Shown: piece by piece, positions 9,152 to 16,590 of the stretch
Layout of the letters: each line of letters starts with the position of its first letter
Numbering within the stretch: the first letter of the stretch is position 1
Origin: Pseudomonadota bacterium
GTDB taxonomy: Bacteria; Myxococcota_A; Polyangia; JAAYKL01
Reading direction: 5' to 3'
Length of the DNA stretch: 64,000 nucleotides
Assembly: GCA_023229365.1 (NCBI GenBank)
Contig: JALNZK010000003.1
Location: 10,339-74,338 of the forward strand
Program-made: the position numbers and the translations under genes
The notes under the pieces: generated by a model
Told to the model about the DNA's origin: nothing
Database searches by the model: none
What the model saw: only the letters and a program-made list of their open reading frames with translations

Positions 9152-9937
9152 CTAAATAATTTTTCCTTCGCTTTCACTAAATCGGTTGCAATTATCGTTA
9201 AAACATTCTAGAGAATATGTTTCTTTTAATTCTTTGGGCCACCCCATTTTATTCCATTTGGATAATAATTTGGTTGAATCCGTTTCCCCATTGCGCCTCA
9301 TTTCAGCCCCATTATGTCCTATATGTCCAACACAAAGATGTATTAAACTTTGATCGCCACAGACTCTACAAGGACCAAAGAATTCATAGGCCGCTTTCCA
9401 AAGTTTTATTTGGCGTTTTTGAGACAAAGATATCTCCGACTTTGATAAATTAAAATACCCGCGCCGCTTCACTCCGCAATTGCAATTGTAATCCAAAACC
9501 CGCAATCTCCTTCTAATTTCGGTTTCTTCGGGCCAAACCGTTTTATTCCAATATTGAATCATCCCGTAAACGTAGTTTTCCCCATAAACTTCTCTGTCGT
9601 GTTTAGAGTCATTGTTTATGTGGTCGAAGGTTAAATACTTTTTGTTTGATTCTCCGCACATAACACATTCATAACCCAATATATCGAATAGCTTATTTCT
9701 TAGCTTTTCGTTGTATTTTCTTTGATACTCAATTATTGATTTATGATTTTGGGATCTATATTCTTCTTCTTTTCCCCTGGTCTTGTCATAGTTTATCCAT
9801 CGATTTATTGTCCCAACAGCGCAATTGCATTCTATCGCTATTTGTCTCTGGCTTTTTCCTAGTCGCATTTGTTTGTCCAACCAATCTTTATTTTTATATG
9901 GTTTTGCTCCGCTAAGTAACAAATAAAGTCCTCCCAA
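9152..9937 (-). CDS. free-standing HNH-type endonuclease with N-terminal HTH
   Basis: HTH-like KSQRQIAIECNCAVGTINRWI. Cys/His modules CVMCG...LTFDHINND and CRVCG...VGHIGHNG. Sits between the polymerase and methyltransferase genes. Confidence 0.55.
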   Translation of the reverse strand: MGGLYLLLSGAKPYKNKDWLDKQMRLGKSQRQIAIECNCAVGTINRWINYDKTRGKEEEYRSQNHKSIIEYQRKYNEKLRNKLFDILGYECVMCGESNKKYLTFDHINNDSKHDREVYGENYVYGMIQYWNKTVWPEETEIRRRLRVLDYNCNCGVKRRGYFNLSKSEISLSQKRQIKLWKAAYEFFGPCRVCGDQSLIHLCVGHIGHNGAEMRRNGETDSTKLLSKWNKMGWPKELKETYSLECFNDNCNRFSESEGKII

Positions 9938-9952
9938 AAAAGTTATAGCTAG

Positions 9953-11962
9953 TTAAATAGAATTAATCCGTTCTTCCGCCATTTTACAATAATCTGCGTT
10001 CAGATCTATCCCCACGAAATCCCGGCCCAACTTCTTGGAAACCACGCCTACAGTCCCACTTCCCATAAATGGATCTAATATCAAGCAAGGTTCAGGATCT
10101 CCCCAGGCGCAGTCCAGAATACATGAGCAGGTCTGTTGCCATCCTACGGTTTTAGATTCTGCGGGAGATAGCATAGTTCCACTAGCTTGAGTCCTTCCAA
10201 ATTCTCCCATTTGCGCCATTCTATCTGTCTTTCGAATAACCATTGGTTTCTTAAGAAGAATTCTCTTGTATGGAGCATTACATGCGGGACAGCAACCTTT
10301 TTCGGAAGTGGACGATTTGATAGGATTTAGAAGTAATTCTTCACAAAATGTCGCAAAATGCGCCGACTTAAAGGGCTTCGTTACAAGGGTCCAAACCGAA
10401 CGGAGGTTGCGCTTACTGGTACAATATTGACTGAGACGCCCACGAGACGTTTGTCCATTTGGCGTATTTTCTCTTGCAGAGCCAGATAGTTTGCCCGTCG
10501 TGTAATTCCCTGATTTTCCCGGTCTAGTGTCTTCTGGATTTTTGCGTCCTTCCTTCACCGCCTCTCCATCATAAAAATACTTCTTACTTTTCGTGAACAT
10601 AAACAAGTATTCATGACTTTTTGATGGGCGATCAACTACCGACTCAGGCATTGAATTCCCCACATATAATCCCAGGTTCTCAATGAGTGCTTCTATTTTA
10701 TTTTGATCAATTCCAATTTCTATGCCAGCATTATAGATCTGAGAAGTCAGTTCTTTTTGTCCACTCACTCCCTTGGCCCAGATAATGTCTGACCGGAGCC
10801 ACCAGCCGTCGTCTCTAAGAGCGAAAGCTACGAGCCAGGGAATTCCGATGAGATCTTTGGGTTTAATAGATATATTTATATAGTTTGTGGTATTATATGG
10901 CTGAATATATGGAAGGTTCAACCATGACGAAACAAGCGAATAGTATCTGGAAATGCATCGAATGTGGTCGCACAGTTCCTCGAAGGACGAAAAGGTGTCC
11001 CGAGTGTCACAAGGCGTTTCTAAAGATCCGACCGACTTACGTTCGAACTCCCGAGCACAAACGGCTAATGAGCGAAGTAACGACAGGAAAACCAAAAGCG
11101 TATCCTTCGGCTTCAACTCGCCCAGAAGTGGCGGAACGTATTCGTTTGGCTTGGACTCCTGAAATGAAAGAATCTGCTCGATTGCGGGGATTAGCGTTTG
11201 CGCTCGATCCAAACTGGCGTTTAATGATTGCCGAATCTGTTTCCGGAGAGAAAAATCCTCGATGGGAAGATGGTCGGGCAGTTTTACCTTATTCACCAGG
11301 TTTTGCTGGCAAAGTAAGGCAACTTGTTCATGAGCGAGACGGAGAGTGTTGTCAGAAATGTGGTTCCACCAAAAATTTATGCGTTCACCACATGGACTTT
11401 CAGAAAAATGATCACGATCTGGGAAACTTGGTTCTCCTCTGTCGGAAGTGTCACACGGGAACGCATTTAGAGCATAAGAACGGTCATGTTTAGACCTCCC
11501 GTTTGTTCTGTTAACTCCGCCCGTGTTTTTATGATTGCTATACCCCGCGCCGCAATAAGAATCTCCTAAATTTAAAAATAGGATTCCGTCGTCTCTCAGA
11601 GTCCTTTTTACCTCTCTAAATACTTCTACGAGATTAGTCACGTATTCGTCTGGCGTAGCCTCTAATCCGAGTTGAAAATCCTCATATGTGGCTCCACACT
11701 TAGAACATGTTGGGGATGGGAACTCGGACGGATAACTATTTGTTGTGTTTTTAGCATTGGGTCCAGATCCACCTCTCCCGTTCCTCGCTGGAATTGTATC
11801 GTGAACGCAATCTTGCGATCCTCCGATCCATTTTCCGGTATTGTACGATCTTAAGCCAAAAAATGGCGGACTCGTTATGCAACATTGAAACACTTTGTCT
11901 GGAAAAGTCTTTAAAACGTCCAAAGAATTGCCACAATAAATTTTATTTCGCTCCATACTCAT
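9953..11962 (-). CDS. beta-class N4/N6 DNA methyltransferase carrying a ~209-codon in-frame insertion
   Basis: Motif IV ITSPPFFG, FLNLGDSY, KPKDLIGIPWLVAFALRDDGWWLRSDIIWAK, MPESVVDRPSKSHEYLF, motif I ILDPFMGSGTVG. The loop between GDSY and KPKD is expanded by the antisense HNH cassette. Confidence 0.8.
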   Translation of the reverse strand: MSMERNKIYCGNSLDVLKTFPDKVFQCCITSPPFFGLRSYNTGKWIGGSQDCVHDTIPARNGRGGSGPNAKNTTNSYPSEFPSPTCSKCGATYEDFQLGLEATPDEYVTNLVEVFREVKRTLRDDGILFLNLGDSYCGAGYSNHKNTGGVNRTNGRSKHDRSYALNAFPCDTSDRGEPSFPDRDHFSESPCGERINFWWNHISDNTLRLAHEQVALLCQQNLVNKVKLPDHLPIEDFSLRKQIRQSLNASLDRAQTLIPAIEQILSFQESKPNEYVPPLLGELKPKDTLLVFLSLLRSLAVCAREFERKSVGSLETPCDTRDTFSSFEELCDHIRCISRYYSLVSSWLNLPYIQPYNTTNYINISIKPKDLIGIPWLVAFALRDDGWWLRSDIIWAKGVSGQKELTSQIYNAGIEIGIDQNKIEALIENLGLYVGNSMPESVVDRPSKSHEYLFMFTKSKKYFYDGEAVKEGRKNPEDTRPGKSGNYTTGKLSGSARENTPNGQTSRGRLSQYCTSKRNLRSVWTLVTKPFKSAHFATFCEELLLNPIKSSTSEKGCCPACNAPYKRILLKKPMVIRKTDRMAQMGEFGRTQASGTMLSPAESKTVGWQQTCSCILDCAWGDPEPCLILDPFMGSGTVGVVSKKLGRDFVGIDLNADYCKMAEERINSI
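10868..11494 (+). mobile_element. HNH endonuclease cassette (own promoter, SD and ORF) inserted in the variable loop of the methyltransferase gene
   Basis: Boundaries inferred from where the MTase translation leaves (..GGVNRTNGRS) and re-enters (IKPKDLIGIPW) family-typical sequence. TTTATATAGTTT box at 10875-10886. Confidence 0.5.
10924..11493 (+). CDS. HNH homing-type endonuclease, antisense inside the methyltransferase ORF
   Basis: Zinc ribbon CIECG..CPEC and HNH core CQKCGS...CVHHMD...NLVLLCRKCHTGTH. SD GGAAGG precedes ATG 10924. The ORF track start at 10885 is less likely. Confidence 0.8.
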   Translation: MTKQANSIWKCIECGRTVPRRTKRCPECHKAFLKIRPTYVRTPEHKRLMSEVTTGKPKAYPSASTRPEVAERIRLAWTPEMKESARLRGLAFALDPNWRLMIAESVSGEKNPRWEDGRAVLPYSPGFAGKVRQLVHERDGECCQKCGSTKNLCVHHMDFQKNDHDLGNLVLLCRKCHTGTHLEHKNGHV

Positions 11963-12420
11963 CTCTTCTCCAAATTTAGCCTTTTAGCTTTATGATATAC
12001 AGAATGGTCCTTTCTCCCTAGATGTTCCCCTATCTCTCCCGCTGTCATTGTGAGATAATTATTTTTCAAATAATCTATATCTTCAGGAGACCAACTAGAG
12101 TTTCTTTTTCTCCGAAGTCCTAAACTACTTGCCTTTAGTATTATTCCTTCCTTTTTCCTCCCCAGCACAAAACTCATTTCTTCCCAAGAGGTCGTAGCGT
12201 AACTTCTTTTAAGATATTCTATATCTTCCGAACTAAAATGTTTTAAATACTCTAAATTAGTTCCATTCAGTCCCAATTCATCAATTCTTTTTTCAATTTG
12301 AGATTCCGATCGGCCCCAGAGTTTATTTTGAATAGAGTTTCTTTTAACTCCTCTAACAGGGATCTTTCCATAAAATTCTTTTAAGATATCGTCTTCTTCT
12401 GTCGTAAACTTGTCGGGTAT
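11959..12420 (-). CDS. three-repeat Myb/SANT-like DNA-binding protein (start codon uncertain, probably AUA)
   Basis: Three ~45-aa repeats: FTTEEDDILKEFY.., FSSEDIEYLKRSY.., WSPEDIDYLKNNY... The ORF track starts at TTG 12276 inside repeat 1. The frame is open up to 12453 with no ATG, GTG or TTG. SD AGGAGAG lies 8 nt before ATA 12420. Confidence 0.55.
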   Translation of the reverse strand: MPDKFTTEEDDILKEFYGKIPVRGVKRNSIQNKLWGRSESQIEKRIDELGLNGTNLEYLKHFSSEDIEYLKRSYATTSWEEMSFVLGRKKEGIILKASSLGLRRKRNSSWSPEDIDYLKNNYLTMTAGEIGEHLGRKDHSVYHKAKRLNLEKR

Positions 12421-12595
12421 AAAAATCTCTCCTAATATTCGGTCTTTCAGACCTCATCTACCATATCTAGTCGTCAGAATCCTTTCTAGGGCCACCGCAA
12501 TTCTTACTAATGAATCACAATTCTCCCTCATCATGCAACTTTCTTTTTTCGGAATATAGGCCATACATTTTCCCAGAATACATTCATCGTTTATT

Positions 12596-13087
12596 TTAGG
12601 ACAAAACACCAAGAAATTCAGCCTCCTCTTTTGTTAAATCGATCTGTTGATCAAGAAGTGATTTTGATTTATTTGCTAGTTCTATTCCATGTTTACATTC
12701 CTTAATAAACCTTTCGACCGCTCTAATAGGAGAAATGTATGTGGGATGATCCCAAGGGAAGCGAACAAAGAATTTATCGGCCTCATATTTATAATATATA
12801 CAAAGGTAAGGATCTTTTATTTCGGTTTTCCATAACCGAATATTTATTCCGCTTTGCTTCAGGAGTTTTAAAACTTTCAGCGCCTTTCCCGCGTTTAAAA
12901 TATCGTTGTTTATATTTTGAATTATACATAGATGATTTCTTGGAAGAATCTCGCTGTAATTTTCTTCTATCTTAAACTCAAGGGTATCCAATATTTCTAT
13001 AGATTTTTGGATCAACTCTCGTCGAGGAATGGTCTTTTCAATATCTGTAAACGGAGGAGTTTTCTTAAAAAGAGAGAATAGGAACAT
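12596..13087 (-). CDS. hypothetical protein (163 aa)
   Basis: ORF track; dominant strand; abuts the next gene. Confidence 0.5.
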   Translation of the reverse strand: MFLFSLFKKTPPFTDIEKTIPRRELIQKSIEILDTLEFKIEENYSEILPRNHLCIIQNINNDILNAGKALKVLKLLKQSGINIRLWKTEIKDPYLCIYYKYEADKFFVRFPWDHPTYISPIRAVERFIKECKHGIELANKSKSLLDQQIDLTKEEAEFLGVLS

Positions 13088-13477
13088 TTATATTTCCTCC
13101 AATCTTTCCATGTAATATTTCTCTTCTTCCGGAGGAACAAATTCGTTATTTAAAAACGGACTAATCAGATCAGACAGTTCCTCTCTTGTTAGCGCATGTA
13201 CAATTATGTTCCTTTTTTCGCACCCATTTGCCGTACAAGTAGTTCTGGATTTTCCTCCAATGTACCATTGCAACCCACTACATTTCGGACACTTTATAAG
13301 TCTCGGACGATTACCCAGAGGCTCGATCTCGATGGGTGTCACGGTAGATTTACACTTAGAACACGCTGTCTTTTCACTACCTTGATACCAAGTCCTCCAA
13401 AACCAAGGTTCTTGACATTTGGGGCATTGTACGGATTTTGGCATCGGGAGCAAAATAGGATTATTAGGAATAAACAT
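13088..13477 (-). CDS. multi zinc-ribbon protein (129 aa)
   Basis: CPKC..CSKC..CPKC..C..GC Cys pairs. Confidence 0.5.
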   Translation of the reverse strand: MFIPNNPILLPMPKSVQCPKCQEPWFWRTWYQGSEKTACSKCKSTVTPIEIEPLGNRPRLIKCPKCSGLQWYIGGKSRTTCTANGCEKRNIIVHALTREELSDLISPFLNNEFVPPEEEKYYMERLEEI

Positions 13478-13591
13478 TTAAATCTCCTATCCCAGGCGGG
13501 CCGTTACGTCTCGAACAAAACCATTCCACCACGAATTCCAAGGAACCATCAGAAGCCTTCTGAGAGTTCCAATTTGAGAATGAGAAAGCAT

Positions 13592-13834
13592 CTACTCCCC
13601 TATCCCCGCATAAACATTCAATTCCTGAGCAATTGCCTTCCGCGCCTTATTAACGTCTCTCTTTCCTCCGCCGACAAGCTCGAGGTAACCTTCAATAGCG
13701 ACGATCTTCTGAGCAATATCCTTATCGGATTCAGAAGCGGTCATTTCCTGTGCTTTATCATACAACGCCTGAGAAGTATTTCTCAACTTCTCGGCACATG
13801 CCTTAATTTCATCGATAAATTGTTGGTCTAACAT
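13592..13834 (-). CDS. hypothetical protein (80 aa)
   Basis: ORF track; dominant strand. Confidence 0.45.
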   Translation of the reverse strand: MLDQQFIDEIKACAEKLRNTSQALYDKAQEMTASESDKDIAQKIVAIEGYLELVGGGKRDVNKARKAIAQELNVYAGIGE

Positions 13835-14031
13835 GTTTTATTCTCCGTTATCTGTATTAATTTAAGGTAAATTTGGTCGAGTTCTATGATTATAGCAAGT
13901 ACGCCGAAAAATATCATATATTTAATGTTCCCTATATAACATTCAACCGCGAATAACAAAAACGTCAAAAGGGATATCCAAGAAATAATCGGTATCAAAT
14001 ACTTGTTAATATTCGTCTTATCAATTAGCAT
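13828..14031 (-). CDS. small membrane protein (67 aa, two hydrophobic helices)
   Basis: LIPIISWISLLTFLLFAV and MIFFGVLAIII hydrophobic stretches. Confidence 0.5.
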   Translation of the reverse strand: MLIDKTNINKYLIPIISWISLLTFLLFAVECYIGNIKYMIFFGVLAIIIELDQIYLKLIQITENKTC

Positions 14032-14036
14032 TTTTT

Positions 14037-14240
14037 TTATTCTCCCTCAAATCCCATAAATTTTCTCCAACCCTCTGGACCGAAAAACTCTTCATCATCT
14101 AACGAATTCAGGGATTGAATAATTAGCTTAAGATACTTTTTTACCGCAAATTCGGTCATGTCGTCTACGATAGAAACAGATAACATAAAGACTCCTAAAA
14201 ATAAGACCTCGGATTCTGAAACGAATCCTACGGTTACCAC
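14037..14240 (-). CDS. hypothetical protein (67 aa)
   Basis: ORF track; dominant strand; 7-nt overlap with upstream gene. Confidence 0.45.
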   Translation of the reverse strand: MVTVGFVSESEVLFLGVFMLSVSIVDDMTEFAVKKYLKLIIQSLNSLDDEEFFGPEGWRKFMGFEGE

Positions 14241-15511
14241 GCATCCGCAGTGTTTTCCGCTGCGGTAGGCTCTTCATTAATCTTTATCGGCTCGCTAGGC
14301 ATCCCAGAAGAGATATCCTTTATGGCGTACACCCTAATTCCGGGAGTATCTCTTTCCTTGTTTATAAACACCTTTCCGATTACCTGTACGATTCCAGCGA
14401 GGTTTCCTTTTGGACCTGTTACAGAGTCAAATATAGCCGCATCTCCGATAATATTAATGGAATTAGCACTCATATCTGAAATCGTAGTGTATCCGATCTT
14501 AGTTCCCTTCTCTGGATTCTGCTTAACTTCTACAATTGCGTCCCCAAACATTGGCTGCAATTTCACAAACTTACCTGCGAAATTACGAACTCCATTTAGA
14601 TCCGCCAGGATCTCGCACGCCATACTGTCATCTATTGTGATCTTCTCATTGGAAGTGTTTGGCTTACTATTAAGGTTCCAGTATGGCCCGTTTTCTCTAA
14701 GAACTCCCTTGTACGTGGCCCCAAAATCCACCTTATGGGCCATCCACTCATCGAATATTGTAGAAACAGTCCGAACCTCGGTAGTTCCGTTTGAGTTTAA
14801 AACGAGAATCTCCATCGAACGAGACATAAGAGGCTCTGCGGAGATCTGACCATCCCTAGTCTTCTTGTAGAGAGGCTCTTTTACGATCTTTCCATCTTCT
14901 CCCTTTGTAACCTGTCCATCTGCGTCCTTTACGTTTCTCATTACGGGTTTGGGCTCATATGCTACTAGGATTTTAAATGGAGATCCCTGAGCGATTGCGG
15001 GAACCGTAAAAGTCCTTTCGGTTGTACCGATATCATTGATCCCATAGTTTGTATACCCATCCCTAATAGACTTATTAAGCTTACCTCTATAAAATCCCGG
15101 CCTAAAAGACTTGTTGTTCCAATGGGTAACCCGAATCCTTACACATCCTTCGGTCTGCGCCTCGCTGTGGAACATATCGGTATTGTTTCCAACTGGCACA
15201 ATAATATATAGATTGGAAAACGCCTTGTTATTCTTGGTGAGCTTGGCATCGTCCTGTTGCTCCAAGTAGAACAAAACCTCTGTATCTCCCTTGGAAGCCG
15301 CCTTCTCACAAGAAATAACCTGATTAATAGCCATCTCTTCTACAGAAAGAACTTTTGCAACTCCTCCAACATTCAGATTAAAGGGCTTTGTACCCGCGTC
15401 CTTTAAAACCTTAAATTTTGCCGCATACTTATCCTTAAACGTATCTATAGCGAGTCCTGTAGCTTCAACGCCCTTGTTTAGGGCGGCTTCTATATTAAAT
15501 TTCTCTGTCAT
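14234..15511 (-). CDS. 425-aa protein with acidic C-terminal tail; possible ssDNA-binding protein (speculative)
   Basis: Strong SD (GAGGAG, 9 nt before ATG) and its own promoter box. C-terminus is INEEPTAAENTADAW, acidic with a terminal aromatic residue as in many phage SSBs. No fold recognised by eye. Confidence 0.6.
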   Translation of the reverse strand: MTEKFNIEAALNKGVEATGLAIDTFKDKYAAKFKVLKDAGTKPFNLNVGGVAKVLSVEEMAINQVISCEKAASKGDTEVLFYLEQQDDAKLTKNNKAFSNLYIIVPVGNNTDMFHSEAQTEGCVRIRVTHWNNKSFRPGFYRGKLNKSIRDGYTNYGINDIGTTERTFTVPAIAQGSPFKILVAYEPKPVMRNVKDADGQVTKGEDGKIVKEPLYKKTRDGQISAEPLMSRSMEILVLNSNGTTEVRTVSTIFDEWMAHKVDFGATYKGVLRENGPYWNLNSKPNTSNEKITIDDSMACEILADLNGVRNFAGKFVKLQPMFGDAIVEVKQNPEKGTKIGYTTISDMSANSINIIGDAAIFDSVTGPKGNLAGIVQVIGKVFINKERDTPGIRVYAIKDISSGMPSEPIKINEEPTAAENTADAW

Positions 15512-15554
15512 GAATTTATGCTCCTCTTGTTTGATACCATTACAATGGATTGCT

Positions 15555-15567
15555 AGAATAAATAGTT
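15555..15567 (-). promoter_or_regulatory. promoter box AACTATTTATTCT (exact 13-mer, copy 1 of 3)
   Basis: 43 nt upstream of ATG 15511. Identical 13-mers occur at 16532-16544 and 54508-54520. Confidence 0.5.
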
Positions 15568-15570
15568 TCT

Positions 15571-15641
15571 GGTAGGCGTTTCAGCCTACCATCATAGCAC
15601 GCCGTCTTTCAGGCGTGCGTACCGAGTGACTCCGCAGAGTC
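15571..15641. other. three consecutive GC-rich hairpins in the leader/intergenic region
   Basis: GGTAGGC-GTTTCA-GCCTACC (15571-15590); GCACGCC-GTCTTTCA-GGCGTGC (15597-15618); GACTC-CGCA-GAGTC (15628-15641). The first two have perfect 7-bp stems and near-identical loops. Confidence 0.6.
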
Positions 15642-15647
15642 CGAGGT

Positions 15648-15659
15648 GATATTTATACC
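15648..15659 (-). promoter_or_regulatory. TATA/-10-like box GGTATAAATATC
   Basis: Matches the recurrent TATAAATA motif. It would launch a minus-strand transcript through the three hairpins. Confidence 0.4.
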
Positions 15660-15801
15660 GTCTCCAACAACAAATTAGCCGCAAACATCGAAAAAGATGC
15701 AGCTATTATCCTTTCCGTATACGAGTTTTCCCTATTAATTGAAATATCTAATCCAACATAAATTACAATAATAAATATAAATCTAACCACGAATTTCTCT
15801 A

Positions 15802-16500
15802 TCATAACCACCTCTCCAATCCAAGATTCCACACCTCTTCATGGTCTCCTAAATACTGACCAATTTTCTTTTCCTTTCTAACATATTTCGCCATGAAATC
15901 AAGCTTTCCTTCCCTTTCGACTCTATAAACACAACCCTCAGCGAGTTCCAGCGCTCCATGATGACCAAACTCACCAAGTAAAATGTCCGCCTCTTGAGTA
16001 GTTATCGGACCTCCCTCATGGAGAACATAAGGTCTGGGGAAGAAGGACGGGACAATCGAATTAAAAACATCTAATGTTTTAGCTCCGCCAGGACCTAATA
16101 GATCAAACGCTACGAAAGGTTCATGTTGTAATTCATATTTTGTTCCATGAGCCTGCGCCATCCACTCTCCACATAATCTTTGATTATTTTCTAAGAATTC
16201 AAATTCGTCCTGATTCTTATAGAACCAGTCAGAAAACAATCTATGCTGCTTAAATTTAGACGTATTTGCTTGCCAGCCTTTTCGTGTTACTGGTGTTAAT
16301 ATTCCATCAATTCGTGCGCCAGCACAGCTCGATCCGTCGCATTTCTCCTGTAGAATTATTTTGTCCTTCTTGTCGCGCAGTTTACGAGTACAAATTCTGT
16401 CCATTCCCTCATTTACAAAGAAATCTCCTTTCTCAGCGTGAGATCCTAGTAGGTGAGGAATTCGGTGATAGGCTTTTCTGCCTAGTGCTTTTGTGAGAAT
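15802..16500 (-). CDS. RNA ligase family nucleotidyltransferase (Rnl2/DRB0094-like), probable AUU start
   Basis: KxDG motif QEKCDGSS, CGEWM, FVAFDLL, EGCVYRV, FMAKYVRKE. The family-typical YHRIPHLLGS lies upstream of the first ATG (16404). The frame is open to 16506. SD AGGTGATC lies 4 nt before ATT 16500. Confidence 0.7.
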   Translation of the reverse strand: MLTKALGRKAYHRIPHLLGSHAEKGDFFVNEGMDRICTRKLRDKKDKIILQEKCDGSSCAGARIDGILTPVTRKGWQANTSKFKQHRLFSDWFYKNQDEFEFLENNQRLCGEWMAQAHGTKYELQHEPFVAFDLLGPGGAKTLDVFNSIVPSFFPRPYVLHEGGPITTQEADILLGEFGHHGALELAEGCVYRVEREGKLDFMAKYVRKEKKIGQYLGDHEEVWNLGLERWL

Positions 16501-16531
16501 TTGGGATCACCTATGTAAAAAGAGCGGTATT

Positions 16532-16544
16532 AGAATAAATAGTT
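16532..16544 (-). promoter_or_regulatory. promoter box AACTATTTATTCT (exact 13-mer, copy 2 of 3)
   Basis: 31 nt upstream of the proposed AUU start of the RNA ligase gene. Confidence 0.5.
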
Positions 16545-16558
16545 ATCGGAAAGTATGC

Positions 16559-16590
16559 AAAAAAAGACCTTGGTCTTTGGCGAGGCCAAG
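16559..16590 (-). terminator. hairpin(s) followed by a U7 run; candidate intrinsic terminator
   Basis: Minus strand reads CTTGGCCTCGCCAAAGACCAAGGTCTTTTTTT, with alternative 5-bp stems TTGGC/GCCAA or CTTGG/CCAAG. Confidence 0.4.

Noticed and set aside
12454-12456. Possible stop-codon reassignment (TGA or TAG read as sense), considered because several conserved genes lack a canonical start and one has an in-frame TGA upstream.
   Set aside because: TGA, TAG and TAA all terminate ORFs exactly at ATGA/TAGATG-type coupling junctions throughout the window (for example 618-621, 1179-1182, 25393-25396, 62146-62149). Protein lengths look normal under the standard code. AUH initiation explains the start-less genes better.
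13196-13831. 211-aa plus-strand ORF, the longest plus-strand ORF in the minus-strand block.
   Set aside because: It runs antisense across three separate minus-strand genes and their junctions. Its translation is Ser/Leu/Arg/Pro-rich low-complexity sequence with no SD or promoter box. It is typical of an antisense shadow ORF.
14250-14849. 199-aa plus-strand ORF inside the 425-aa gene. Similar antisense ORFs occur at 50935-51459, 24352-24849 and 8753-9118.
   Set aside because: These are antisense shadows of well-supported genes. They have hydrophobic or low-complexity translations and no start context.
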